Part shown: positions 1 to 12,310 of the stretch, in pieces | How positions within the stretch are numbered: position 1 is the first letter of the stretch | Layout of the letters: the number at the start of each line of letters is the position of its first letter | NCBI RefSeq assembly: GCF_000143415.4 | Contig: NW_003314287.1 | Coordinates: forward strand, 1,076,203 to 1,140,202 | Reading direction: 5' to 3' | Length of the DNA stretch: 64,000 nt | Origin: Selaginella moellendorffii | Lineage: Eukaryota > Plantae > Lycopodiophyta | The notes under the pieces: generated by a model | Told to the model about the DNA's origin: nothing | The model's database searches: none | Seen by the model: only the letters and a program-made list of their open reading frames with translations | Program-made: the position numbers and the translations under genes

Positions 1-352
1 AGAGAGGTCTGTAGCAAAATGGAATATTTATATCTTTGCTTGACCTCTTTTTCTCTTGCTTTTGTGTGTAGGTTCTTGAGAAGGTCATAGATGGTGTTGA
101 GGAGTTTGGCTTCGCTTGCAAAGGCTGGATGGAATCCCCAATCAAAGGCACCGATGGCAACACAGAGTTCCTGGCATACTTCCACAGGATGACCAAACAA
201 ACACCATCGCAGGTTCTGGTATCTAACACTCGCTTGCTGATTATCTTTTTTTTCTTCTTCTTCTTCTTCTTCTTGCGCAGTTAAAACGCGAATTTGTTGC
301 AAATAAGTCAAAGAGTTACTACTTGGATCTTCTTGAACGCAAGGGATCTTAA
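1..352 (+). CDS. 3' end of TlyA/hemolysin-A-family rRNA methyltransferase gene (partial; exon 72-212, probable last exon 281-352)
   Basis: The AG/GT-bounded exon 72-212 translates to VLEKVIDGVEEFGFACKGWMESPIKGTDGNTEFLAYF. SPIKG.DGN.EFL is the TlyA C-terminal motif. The last exon is inferred from splice sites only. Confidence 0.8.
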
Positions 353-1012
353 TTTCTCTTTGGAGCAACGGAAGATTCTGTACAAGAACTTTGCTTCATC
401 TTTGCAAAGTTTGGGTTTTTTTCTTCTGGAGATCAAAATCCATTCTAAAAGCACATAAGCAGTAGCATTTTTGTGGTCGACCTCAAAATGTGGCAACATA
501 ATCAAAGCACCGGAATTTTGTCTCTTGGACGGTTTTAATGTTAGTGAACGACAGAATGATGGTCTTGCAGCTTCTCTCGAATGCAGTGCTTCGAAGGAGA
601 GTCACAGATTCCAAGCTCTCGGGCTTCCATAGCAGTGATCCAGGCTGCAGCGGACAAAGCAGCCTTGGCAGCGGAAAAAACGCTTGCGAGAGAGCATGCT
701 CCAAGAAGGAGTTCGTCCAAACGCCCGATGCAGATGCAGAGCCAGTTTGGTAGTTTGCGAACCAGATTGACAAGCGGATGGTGGAGAGCCTTGAAGTGAC
801 TTGGATGTCCACAACAGCTGACGCTTGGTTTGCTTTTTTTTTAAAAAAAAAATTATTATGACTATTCCTGCTTTTGTATATATTATATCTTTTATCCATA
901 TATGATCTATTAGTTTCTTATTACATGTATTGTTTTTTATTATTTGTATTTCTCCATTATTGTTTGAAATGGTTTTGCTTCTTTTTTTTGATAGTTAATA
1001 TTAAACTCTCCT

Positions 1013-1187
1013 TGTGAGGGCCAAGTGTACGGTTACGATGCCGTATACTAATATTAGCGTAGTGGGATTTTGGTAGTCGTCGGATTGGTTTCAATCTGGA
1101 TCACTCGCTTCTGTATATAAACTAGGGTTTTTGGGCTAATTAATATGCACATTTCTGTATTCCCTTTCCATATTCCAAGCACTCACA
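1013..1187 (+). repeat. 5' LTR of Gypsy copy 1
   Basis: Direct repeat of 5797-5971; about 11 mismatches by eye, all transitions. Confidence 0.95.
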
Positions 1188-2328
1188 TTGGTGGAGGTGA
1201 GGAGCACCTTTGATTGTCCCTGAGGAGTGCTTGGATTTGGGATTTTGGTTTAGATCTAGCTTTTGCATTGTCTAAATCTAGTTTTTTCCATTTCCTTCTT
1301 TTTGTTCTTTCCTTTCAGGATTTTGGTTTAGATCTAGCTTTTTGCATTGTCTAGATCTACCATTTCCTTCTAGCTTTTTGTCATTTCTCTTCTTTTGCTC
1401 TTTCTTTTTCATTTGTCTCCATGGCAGATTAGCAATCTCCTCCTTTGACTCTCGAGCAGCAGTTGGTCCAATTGCTTGATGGTATGCACTTGCAATTGAA
1501 CAACCAAACTCAATTGATGGCGGCATTCACGACACGTAGTCCAACTCCTCCTACTCTTGGTGCCAATCCTTGCGTTCGGCCAGAGTTCTTTCGTGGGAAT
1601 CCTGGGGATGATGTGTACCATTGGTTCGATCACTTCACGGTGATTGCCACATATCATTCTTGGGATGATGCTTGACAGTTGCGTGAGTTTCCCACGTGTC
1701 TCCAAGGGACAGCATTGCAGTGGTACAATGGTTTGAGCGCAGCCACTGGTGGGGATTGGAGTGTTCTCCTGGACATCTTCAAACGTGCCTTCGGACATGC
1801 CGATGATTGTGATGATGCTTTCTAACAATTGCATCGTCTTCGCCAAAGGCCATCTGAGTCGGTAATGCAATTTGGCGTTCGTTTCCGAAGTCTTTTGCTT
1901 CGTGCGGAGCCAAATATGTCGGAGCGGATCAAGCTAGGAATGTTGTGGCCAGCACTTCGTCAAGATCTTGTCGGACTTGTGCATGCACTTGCTCCTGCCA
2001 CCCTTTACGATGCTCTTCGCTTGGCACAACGTTATGAGACGTCGCCTCTTCCACTTCTCGCTGCACGTCCTTCCGCTCCACTTCCTATGGGTGATGGTCC
2101 TGTTCCAATGGAGGTTGATGCTGCTGCTGCTCGAGTCCAAGGACAAGCGCGAGGACGTGGTCGTGGCCGTGATGTTCGCTGCTGGGCGTGTGATGAAGTT
2201 GGTCATACTTATCGGCGTTGCTGTCATTTTCTGGATTGGCGACCTCCATTTCCTGGGTGGAGACCTTGGCGTCAGCAACGTCCCGTGGGTGCTGTTGCAG
2301 TGGAAGGTCTGGACACCGAGATGCATCC

Positions 2329-2390
2329 GGGAAATGAAGAGTCGCGCGAGTAACGGAGGGACCTTGCGCGAATAAGTTAGTGACCCCTCC
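2329..2390 (+). promoter_or_regulatory. Putative -1 ribosomal frameshift signal (slippery heptamer + H-type pseudoknot) at the gag/pol junction
   Basis: GGGAAAT at 2329-2335 (copy 2 has GAGAAAC; consensus GGGAAAC), 6-nt spacer, stem 1 2342-2350/2363-2371, stem 2 2355-2360/2385-2390. Pol is in the -1 frame relative to gag. Confidence 0.75.
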
Positions 2391-5300
2391 ATCTTTCTTT
2401 CGGGAGTATCATCAAGGGGTTCACTCGGCATCGGTTCATCCAGTGTTTACTTTCCAAACTCGTTTTTATAACAAGAGGTCTCCTATTATTCTCTCCGTGC
2501 TGGTTGATACAGGTTCGAGTTTATCTTCTATTGCTCGACCTGTTGCCACACGTTGTCGTTTACACTTGCGTCGTGCGGCGGAACCAGTTTTCATTCTTTA
2601 TGGCAACGGCCGTACACATGCATGTGCACGGGATGAGGTGGACCTGGTTGTGCGTGTGGGCAATCTCGAGCTTGAGTTGTAGCCGTTGCAGGTGGTGCCG
2701 AGTCAAGCTTTTGACCTCATTCTTGGTATGGATTGGTTGCAGCGCAATCATGCCAAGTGTGACTTTGAGGCTTCTCCCCCTTGTCTCATACTTCCTTATG
2801 TTTCATCCATTCCTCTCACTTCCATACCTCTTCGTCCCTCTACTTCTACCTCTGCTTCCATTACTTTTGTTCCCCCACTCTTTCCTTTTGTGTTTCCATC
2901 TTGTTCTGCTTTTCCCTTTTTCGATCCCTCCGACGATCTTTGTGTTGCAGCAGTTGACCGACTCATGAAGGAGTATTCTGATCTCTTTGAATTTGACTTA
3001 TTGTCTGGGGCCAAGATTGCCACACATCATCTGATTCCAACCGGGGATGCTCGTCCAATCAAGGTTCCTGTTCGTCGTTGGTCACCTAAGGAGATCAAGA
3101 TTTTACAAGCAAACGTCAAAGAAATGCTGGAGAAGGGTGTTATTCAGAAGTCGGGGAGTCCTTGGGCATGTGAACTTCATCTTGTGACGAAGCCTGATGG
3201 GAGTATTCGTTTCTGCATCGACTATCGTCCGTTAAACGAAGTGACAATCCCAAATGTGTATCCTCTTCCTCCCACTGCTGATCTCTTGGATCGTCTGGGG
3301 CGAAGTCGTTGGTTCACCAAGCTAGATCTTGCTTCTGGGTATTGGCAAGTACCGATGGTTGAAGAAGATATTCCTAAGACTACTTTTCGTATACCATTTG
3401 GTTTGTACGAGTTCTTGGTGATGCCGTTTGGTTTGAACAATACTCCAGCAACTTTCCAACGGATGATGGACGACGTTCTTTGCGATATGCCGGAGGTGAC
3501 TGCTGACTTCAATGATGATGTCTTGATCCACTCGGAGGGGACGTGGGAGGAGCACGTTTGTGATGTTTGTAAAGTGTTGGATCGGCTACGCGACGTTGGT
3601 TTAAAGCTGAAGCGGTCAAAGTGCGTGTTTGGGTCCAAGGACACAACTTATCTTGGGTACCATATTTCTCGTGAGGGTTTGCAAGTTGATCCTGACAAAC
3701 TTGTGGCTGTTCTAAAGTTCCCTACTCCGAAGTGTGTGAATGATGTGCAGTGCTTTTTGGGTAAGGTGCAGTATCTCGGTCGTTTTATGGATCATCTTTC
3801 CGATCGCACTACACCATTGCGAGCGTTGCTGAAGTCATCAACGTCATCTTTCATCTGGTCTCCGGATTGTGAGCGAGTGTTCGTGGATCTCAAAGAACTA
3901 TTGACGAATCCTCCGGTTTTGGCATATCCTGACTACACTCGACCTTTTATTTTGCGTGTAGATGCTTCTGATATTGGTCTTGGAGGTGTGTTGATGCAAG
4001 AGAGCTCGAGTGTGCCGGGTCAGCGCCATCCCATTGCATACATAAGCCGTACATTACAACCAGCGGAGATGAACTACTCCACGACGGAGAAGGAGTGTTT
4101 AGCAGCAGTCTGGGGTTTCGAGAAACTTCATGCCTATCTACATTGTTCTCGGACGTTACTTGAAGGTGACCATGCTGCTGTTACTTCATTATTGAAGCGG
4201 AAGAACCTGGTTGGTCGTACGGCTCGATGGGCTTTGAAGCTTCAGATATATATGATTTCGATGTTGTTCATCACCCAGGGAGTTCTATGGCTGATGCTGA
4301 TGCCCTTTCTCGAGGTCCTCTTCCTTCTCCACTCACTTCTCATGTTTCTGACGAACCTATTGTTCCAGCATCTGTGGATTTTCTAGATGAGGATTCTCTG
4401 CCGTCGGCGGTTGCTGTCCTTGACGTTCAGTGTCCACAAGGTGCAGAGCAAAATCTACCTTCTCTTGATGAGGTTCGCGAGGCTCAAAAGATTGAGCCGT
4501 GGATTCGGAGGCTTCGAGATGGGTCTGAGAATCCTGCATCACTTGCTGATGACTTGCCTTTCCGGCATTTACATTCTCAATATCGCCTTGACGATGGCCT
4601 TCTTTATTTTGTGGGGACGGATCCTAATGATCATTTACGGCTGGTGGTGCCTTCGGTGTTTATTCCGCGGTTTCTCCATGCCTACCATGATTCTCCTGTT
4701 CGAGGTGGGCATATGGGACACCATCGTGTCACCGAGAAGTTGCGCAGGTCTTTCTATTGGCCGGAGATGCGACGTGATATTATCCGGTATGTGCGTAGCT
4801 GCGTTTGGTGCCAAGCTCGTAATACTCCCCTTCATGCTGCGGAAGGACGGTTAGAGTCAATTGCGGTTTCCCATCCATTTGAGTTAGTGGCGTTTAATCT
4901 TATGGGACCTTTTCCACGGTCGACTGCTGGCAATGAGTATGTTATTATTGCTTCTGACTACTTGACTCATTAGGTGGAAGTTGGTGCTCTTGCTAGCACC
5001 TCTGCAACTGCTGTTGGATACTTCCTCCTCAATCGAGTGGTGTTCCAGCATTCTTGTCCAGAGCGGATTCTTTTGGATAATGGTCCCGCATTTATGGCTG
5101 AGGCATTTCATGTTTTGACGTCTCGGTTGGGGATATGCCACACTTTCACGAGTGCTTATCATCCACAATCAGACGGTCTGGTGGAACGGCTTGTTCGGAC
5201 ATTCAAAGGGATGATTGCGAAGTATGTGAACTTTCAGCATTCGGATTGGGATGGTTATTTGCCGTCTCTTCGGTATGCATATGTTACAGGGGTGTAGAGT

Positions 5301-5796
5301 TCTGTTGGTGCTTCACCATATAAACTCCTATATAGTCATGATCCAATATTTGGGATCAGTATTTGACGAGCATTCTTCCACTTGTCCGAGCAGAGTCTGC
5401 CGAACACTTAGGCCGCGTACAAGTGGGACAACAACGGCACTACAACTCCCATCATCGTCCACCTGCGGAGTACAAAGTGGATGATTTGGTGTTAGTCCGT
5501 TTTCCCCATCTTACGGTACGTGGTTTATCTAAGGGGCTTCTTGTGCAATGGAAAGGACCGTATCGAGTGTTGCGACAAATTGGACCACAAGTTTATGAGG
5601 TTCGGCATGACGTTTAGCAGGCCGATCCTCCAGAGATTGTGCATGTGCAACGGCTAAAACACTTTGTACAAAGGGATCAGGAGGAGTTAATACCACCTAC
5701 AGATCCACCGATGCCTCCTCCTGATGTTCCTCCGGATCCCGGCCCATCTTCAAGAGAACCCTGATGGTCTTCCATTATCCCGAGAGGAGGGGATGA

Positions 5797-5971
5797 TGTA
5801 AGAGCCAAGTGTACGGTTACGATGCCGTATATTAATATTAGCGTAGTGGGATTTTGGTAGCCGTCGGATTGGTTTTAATCTGGACCACTCGCTCTTATAT
5901 ATAAGTTAGGGTTTTTGGGCTAATTAATATGCACATTTCTGTATTCCCTTTCCATATTCCAAGCACTCACA
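5797..5971 (+). repeat. 3' LTR of Gypsy copy 1
   Basis: Follows the PPT, ends ..CACTCACA, and is followed by the TSD TCCT. Confidence 0.95.
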
Positions 5972-8749
5972 TCCTTTAATTAATATTGGTTTTTTATTAT
6001 CTATTTTTAAAAATATTTTTATATTTTTTGTGAACATTTGTATATTAATTCCAGGTTTTCTATGTAAATTTATTATCTGTAATTGTTTTTTATTTTTTTC
6101 TAGTGATGTATATGACATTGCCATTGTTTCTGTTTTTAAATGTTCTAGTTTTTCTGATTTATAGTTATTTGTATGCAATATTGCTATATGTGGGGGCTGT
6201 TCATGTATATATGATTTATATTTATTAAAATATAAATCCTCATGTTTTTGTGTTTTTACTTCTTGCATACATATTATATCTGATGTTAATAATTGTGAAT
6301 CATTCTTTATATCTTCTGGATATGTGGTAATCAATATTGTGTTTAAAACTTGTATAAAAGTTTGGTTAGCTGTTTTTTTCTTCTTGTAAATCTATTAAAT
6401 CAATTTGCTATGGTGCTTCTATTGTCATTTGTATTATTTCTTTAGCTACATCTTTATTGATTTTAATATGTTTATGTTCAATTGGTCTATATAAATGTAT
6501 ACCTTTTAGTGTTTGTGCTCTTGATAATGTTGTATATGCTTGTCCTGGAGGTTTTACTTATAACATAAAACAGTTTAGTAATATTTATTATTCTTGTTTT
6601 TTTATTGGTGTCTAGTTTTTTTTTCATTATTTTAGTATTATATTTTTTTTAGCTCTTGTTTTTCACCTATTTTTATATTTTGGAGTTCTATCCATATTAT
6701 TTGTTTTCTTCAATTTGGGTTACATCTTGTAATACTCCAACTGCTCCATTTACTAATCCATCTTCTTTTGCTATATTTTGTGTTATTTCAATTGCTATTT
6801 TCCTTTTAAAATGTAATATTTTATGTAATCCTTATGTTTTTCTTGTGTCATCTAGTAACCTGAAGTGTGTAGAACAAGAATTTCCATGGTTGTCTTGTGC
6901 TTCTGTAATTATATCTATACTTTGTATGTGTTGTGTTATGTTCTCTTACTTTTTCATTAGTTGCAAATGTATGGAAACATCATTTTCAGGTCTATATATT
7001 TTTGTTGCATAAATTGGTGCTTTAAATGTAAGATTTAATTGATAAAAATAACCTGTATAAGTACAATCCATCCCACCAAAATCTATTCCATATGTTCACA
7101 TCTTCTATTTATATATTGTAGCATTTCTATACTTACCATTGATATTTCATCTATTTTAATATTTTATTTTCTTCTTGTTCTGGGTTCTCCCATGAAATTT
7201 ATTCTTTTTTTGTTGCTTTTTTATATATGTATTTGTATTATTTTTCATCTATTTGTTCTATATTTACTTCATATGCATTTATGTTTTCTCCATAAACATG
7301 TTTATATGTTTATTTTTTTCTTTAATAAATTTAATAAATCTTATTATAGTTTTTTTTTGTGTTGTTATTTCTTTTTCAATTATATATTCAGCTCTTATCT
7401 CTATTAATGTTAAGTGTTCTAATTCTTCTAATGTTTGCATGTATTTTTTAGTTAGTCCTAGTACTGCTAATCATGTTTCATTTTTTTACATTTTGTTCAT
7501 TGTTTTTGTGGTTGGTATCAATAAACTTCACAGTTCTAAACATGTGATGAAATGGGATTGACAATATTAGAAAAATGCTTGTTGAATTAGCATTTCTTTA
7601 CCAAGTATGAAGCTATTTCCTAATAACTAAACTTTGTTAAATACATCTATTCTTTATTTTTGGCATTCTTTAAATATAGTTGAAAATGTCTTTGTTATTT
7701 CTATTTCAATACATGCAATATATGATAAAGAATATGCTGCTGCTCCATATGGATCAGGAATTATTTGTATATCTACATTTGATTGTCATAAATTTGATAA
7801 TTTTTCATTAAATGTATTTGTGTTTATATCTTTTTGTTTTTATTTATAAAACATTTTTCCATTTGTTAGTATGGATCTTATTATAGTTTAATATTGCTCT
7901 CCTATTATTCTTAAATATTCATTGAACTCTAAATTTTTTTGTTTTATCTTGTAACATAAGCATCCTTTTCTTGTTTTGAAATATCTTTGATAGGCTCTAA
8001 GATTTTTGTTTGTTGCATTAGAGGGATTGGGTAATTAAATTTACATTTTATATTTTATATTTTATATATTTATATATTTTTATTTTTAACATCTATTATA
8101 TTATCTGGTAGTTTCTCTAAATCAATATAGTATTTTTGTTAGCAAATTTTTATATTTATTCTATTGTTTATAGTGGATTTTCTAACCATATTATTGCATG
8201 TTCATGTGGTGTTGTTAAAATGTGTTACAAATACATAGTATTTTAATTTCCTTCCAAATATAAAATAAGTAGACATTAATAATTTTCTAAAAGCTGATTT
8301 TTATGTGTATAATATCATATTATGGTTATTGGATCAACTCTTAGTATTTTATATATTTTCTCTTTTACATTTATATTTTCTATCTCTTCTTTCTGTAATA
8401 TATCTGTATCTAAAAGTTAAGAAAAGTGTTAGGGTGGTCTTAATTGTCTGGTAGCATAACTATTCCCCAGAATGGTTGTGGGGATCGTCGGAGAGAGGCC
8501 AACTTGGTCTCAGTGTATCTTCCACAAAAGATTTAGGCAACCTTCTTTGATTTTCCTCTTGAAAGTTTTAATACAAATTTTTTTTCTCTTGGACTACACT
8601 GTTTGCTCCCAAACCTTCAGCCTTTGAAGAATTCTCTCGATTGCAACAATGGTGGAGAGATGTTGATGGAGCAAACGCCCCTGATCTGGGAGCCAAAGCT
8701 CGTGGAACTTCTAGAGCCATGTAATATCAGATCGTTTGTGTGGTCTTGC

Positions 8750-9630
8750 AGATCAACTCAGTCGCGAAACCTCCGTAGGTTCACCGATTGTCTAGGCAAG
8801 TAAGTAGTCTCGATCAGAGCCAGATGTCGAGAGATGTGCACCTCTTTTTCTAGACGTCAAGAGAGCATTTCTCGGCATCAGTAACCTAGCTCGAAGTCAA
8901 CAAACCGAAGAAGATGGAGAAAAAAAAACTTACACGTAGAATCTAGCGTGTTGCATCTGCCTCCGCTTAAGCTATGACAATCCCTACAGTTTAGCAAAGT
9001 GATCCATCCCAAAAACTCTGGGTCAGGTCCTCCATGGTTTTGGTCAGCGCGAGGGAGAGCGTCAGAACGAAAAACTCCAGCAGCTCGGGATGATCTGAAA
9101 ACCCGTGTGCATGACATGCAGGAGCACCTTGATTGCCTCGTTGCCTCCCCTCTAGAACCGAATCGGTCCTGCTAACCAGCGTGGTCGCCAGCGCCACTGG
9201 CAATTCCCCGTCCTGGCCAGCATCTAATTGCTCTAGAATCGGCTCGCAAAATCCCATAAAGCTCCGGACACACTCGCGCTTGGACAGTATTCCCAGCACT
9301 GTACGGGAAATCCTGTCGATCCAATCTAGAATCTAGCCCAGACGCTCCATCGCCAATCAATCGATTGCCGCCGCAATGCCATCTCTGCCATGAGGACCAT
9401 AAGCACAAGCCACGCAGGAAAGAGGCGGAGGTTTAAACGGAGCCCCGGTTCAACTCTTACTAAAGCAAGAAAGTATTGTAGATCCATTGTCGTCTAGTCC
9501 GGTAAGGATACCTGGCTTTCACCCAGGCGACCCGGGTTCAAATCCCGGCAATGGAGCTTTGTATCTATTTTGATTCCGTTCTCTCTTCGAAATCTCTCCT
9601 AGCTTTGCAATTATCCCGAGTTTGAAATTG
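8750..9630. repeat. Segmental duplicate of ~43045-43915 (decayed, probably PPR-derived, minus-strand remnant + tRNA-Glu + one promoter-repeat unit)
   Basis: Collinear similarity, e.g. AAACCGAAGATGGAGAAAAAAAACTTACACGTAGAATCTAGC and GCCAGCGCCACTGGCAATTCCCCGTCCTGGCCAGCATCTAATTG occur in both. Confidence 0.85.
9483..9556 (+). tRNA. trnE-TTC: tRNA-Glu(TTC)
   Basis: Cloverleaf: acceptor TCCATTG/CAATGGA, anticodon arm CCTGG-CT TTC AC-CCAGG, T arm CCGGG-TTCAAAT-CCCGG. Confidence 0.95.
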
Positions 9631-10008
9631 TTGGGTATAGCAAGCTTAGTTTCTTTTCCTTTGCAAGCCAAGTTCCGCGACTTCTCGATCCTGACCATTT
9701 ATCCAATTCCAGACAAGCACTGTTGGGGAGTACGTTGTTTTGAATCGAGCTCTAAAGGCCACCTTTCAAACCAAGCTCAGCGATACGGCTTGGACGCTGG
9801 TGTCGTTTGCAAAAGGCTGAGAGTTGCCCTGGCCATGCACATGTCCACCACTGGATTTTCTTTTTACAATCAGATGTGGTTTATGTGATGGTTTTTGTGC
9901 CTTGACCTGGGGAGCTTGGCATTTTGAATGGATTGACAGTGTCTTTAGTTCTAAAATGAAAATTATAAAGTAGTAACACCACTTCTTCCTATTGTAACGC
10001 ACCCCAGC

Positions 10009-10397
10009 CCATGAATCCATTGTGGCGGCAGAGAAGCACTGCTCGTGACCGGTGTTCTTCATCTGGTGCTTGACCTCCTTCTCAGAAAGCTTGAGAGGAT
10101 CTTGCAATAAAAAACTTTGCATTTCCTTGCGGAGCTGCACCATGACTTCCTGGCAGAGCAGCACGAGATGATCGTTGGATGGTGGTCATGGATTTGAGGC
10201 CGCCATAGCCTTCCTGAGGACGTCGTCCACCATTGCCACTCGTCCAGTCTCTTGCCTTTCGGATGCAAAGAACATGACTCCCGACTCGACGATCTTCTTC
10301 TTGGCACTCTCGTGGGTGATGCCGAGCTGCTCTTGGCTGAGAGAGGAGGAATCCGTGGAGGCGATGGTGTTTAGGTGAAGAGCGAGGGACAATCTTT
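10009..10397 (-). pseudogene. MTPSL fragment with internal deletions
   Basis: Minus-strand [27 protein letters not shown] and EVKHQMKNT match the intact gene at 44229. Confidence 0.85.
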
Positions 10398-10522
10398 GGT
10401 AAGATTGCATCCTCTAGTTCTGTAAAACATCTACTTGTACTAGAATTCTTAAACTTGTTTGCTAAAATATATTTTTTAAAGTTTGTTATTTCCATAGACC
10501 ACTTTCATTTTCTAGGGTTTGG

Positions 10523-11334
10523 ATGGCTAGCATTGCCGCGCCATTGAAGCTGATCCACTTGGTAACGTAATCTCGCCAGGGGCAAGCTCACGCTTTCTTC
10601 GTGTATATTTTTAATTTAGGTGCGCCATGCCGAGGCCGATCACAATGCTGGGCCCGGATTTCACGCGGCACATCGCATCTTCGACCCCAGCCTCAAACCC
10701 AATGGCTGGAAACAAGTAGCTTACATCAAAGTTTTGTATGTGATCCATGCTTTCTTGATCTTCTAGGTGGAGCAGCTTCGGAAGCACGTAGAAGTGACTG
10801 GCCTAATCCGTGACATCGAGCTGGTTGTGGTTTCTCCCTTGAGACGGTACGTGTTTTGCACTGTAGGCTTTCAGAATTGCTCATACAATTTTATTTAAAG
10901 GGCATTGCAAACGGCTGTTGGAGTGTTTGGAGGAGAGACAGAGCCACCATTCCTGTCATTGAATGGTGTTGCATCGTCCTCTTCTTGTTTCAATCCACCT
11001 CTCATTGCCTTGGAGCTATGCAGGGAGCTCATTGTACGTTCCAGCTTTACGTCTCTAATTTTGTGTTTTCTCTTCCAATTCCTGTATTAAATCTCTTTGC
11101 CAGACGCCTTATGAGTGCAACAAGAGGAGCCCAATCAGCACCTGCAAGATCCAATTTCCAATGGTTGATTTTACTCAGGTGTGAGGATCATCTGTTTCTT
11201 TCTTTTTATTCTGGAGGTTTGATAATCGTACAGCACAGATCAAAGAGGACCAAGACGTGCTGTGGCATCCCAACATCCGTGAATTGAAAGATTCCCTGGA
11301 AGGAAGAAGGCGGGCTTTCTTACAATGGTAAAGT

Positions 11335-11381
<47 letters not shown>

Positions 11382-11631
11382 TCAACAATCTACTTGGTTT
11401 TCAAGGCTCCTGTGTCGCAAAGAGAAGAACATCGCGGTTGTTTCTCATTCCGCCTTCTTGAAAAACCTAATAAGTAAGCGTGATGAAGCCGGACCCTTCG
11501 TCATCAGTGATAAGGCGCCACGCTCAAGGTAATATCCATTCCTTCCTTTGTTTCATTGTTTGGGTTGATTTCCGTGAGCAATGCGTAGTTTTCTCAATTG
11601 TGAGCTGCATACTGTGACTCTAAAACCTTGA
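10523..11631 (+). CDS. Phosphoglycerate mutase-like / histidine phosphatase superfamily protein (8 exons)
   Basis: Spliced translation MASIAAPLKLIHL|VRHAEADHN..DPSL..GWKQ|..VVSPLRR|ALQTAVGVFG..LELCRE|..CNKRSP..|..|..IAVVSHSAFL..|FLNCELHTVTLKP*. It has an RHx catalytic motif, an SPLxR motif and a VSH motif; introns are GT-AG. Confidence 0.88.
11340..11378. repeat. (CT)n microsatellite in an intron
   Basis: Direct reading of the sequence. Confidence 0.95.
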
Positions 11632-11746
11632 GATGACCCGGGGCCACTTTGAGCTCAGAGATCAAAACGTCAATGAAAGTCAAATAAAGTCAAGTTTCTC
11701 CAAAACATTTTGGTCTTAACTGGATAAACAAACAAAACTAAAGAGA

Positions 11747-11872
11747 ATGAGAGCACTAAGAAAAAGATCATCCAGTTTGGGGCTTGATGCATCCCAACCA
11801 TGAGAGTCTGGCAATGGTGAACAACACCCTCAAGAAGGCTATGGCAGCCTCAAAGCCATGACCACCATCCAA
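11747..11872 (+). pseudogene. Short MTPSL fragment
   Basis: GAGAGCACTAAGAAAAAGATCATCCAG..TTGATGCATCCCAA..GAAGGCTATGGCAGCCTCAAA matches 44372-44543 with deletions. Confidence 0.7.
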
Positions 11873-11879
11873 TGCATAT

Positions 11880-12310
11880 GTGGATGTTTTCTAGGCAGCT
11901 CAAAGCAACACAAAGCTTGCAGCAGTGTTGGGGCCTGACAACTGGGATGAAGAGCTATTTGCTTCTGTGGGTTGGAGAGCAATCAGGTTATATTGACATG
12001 CCTTGTTGGAAGTGTGGTCTCGCCACAATAGATTTTCGACTCGATGCCATCGAAAGATCTTGTGGCCTAGATAACACTTTTAGCTGGATATGCTCACCAA
12101 GGAGATGTTGCTCCATGTTTCAAAGATTTCATAGCATGTGAGGTATGCCATGGAGACTAAGTATTGGATCTGTATTGGGCATGAGTACTGATGTGTAAGA
12201 AGTGGGAATGTGCAGATTGGGAAGATTGCATATGAAGTTTGTTAAAAATCAATAAGAGGAACAAAACTGCATATACACTTATAGCTAATCTATACAGAAA
12301 TTAACATTTA
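11880..12310 (+). pseudogene. Decayed PPR (E-class C-terminus) remnant
   Basis: Fragments LLAGYAHQGD, METKY, CKKW..VQIGKIAYE and TAYTLIANLY resemble the C-terminus of the PPR at 15818-17554. Confidence 0.6.

Larger units (their letters stand above)
1013..5971 (+). mobile_element. Full-length Ty3/Gypsy LTR retrotransposon, non-chromovirus type, inactivated (copy 1)
   Basis: 175-bp TG..CA LTRs at 1013-1187 and 5797-5971; 4-bp TSD TCCT; PBS TGGTGGAG.. at 1189; PPT GAGAGGAGGGGATGA at 5782-5796. Gag CCHC (CWACDEVGHTYRRC), protease LVDTGS, RT (LDLASGYWQ, MPFGL, FNDD), RNase H (DASDIGLG), integrase HHCC and GPY in PR-RT-RH-INT order. In-frame stops and a frameshift at ~4250. Confidence 0.96.
850..8415 (-). 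mobile_element. Degenerate Helentron (Helitron2-type, Rep-PIF1 helicase-AP endonuclease), interrupted by the Gypsy element at 1013-5971
   Basis: Minus-strand remnants in the expected order: Rep HUH TTPHEHAIIW (~8185-8216), CKFNYP (~8030-8047), NVDIQIIPDPYGAAAYSLSY (~7720-7780), helicase NIAKEDGLVNGAVG (~6735-6780) and GQAYTTLSRA (~6515-6546), endonuclease DIICMQE (~6260-6280) and PILIKG|EFN across the LTR insertion, then IDHIW (~895-910). Many stops and deletions; termini not identified. Confidence 0.8.

Noticed and set aside
380-830. PPR-like scraps (e.g. DHKNATAYVLL on the minus strand)
   Set aside because: Too short and fragmentary to delimit as a feature.
6656-7849. Hydrophobic + strand ORFs as membrane proteins
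   Set aside because: They are the T-rich antisense of the A-rich Helentron coding strand.
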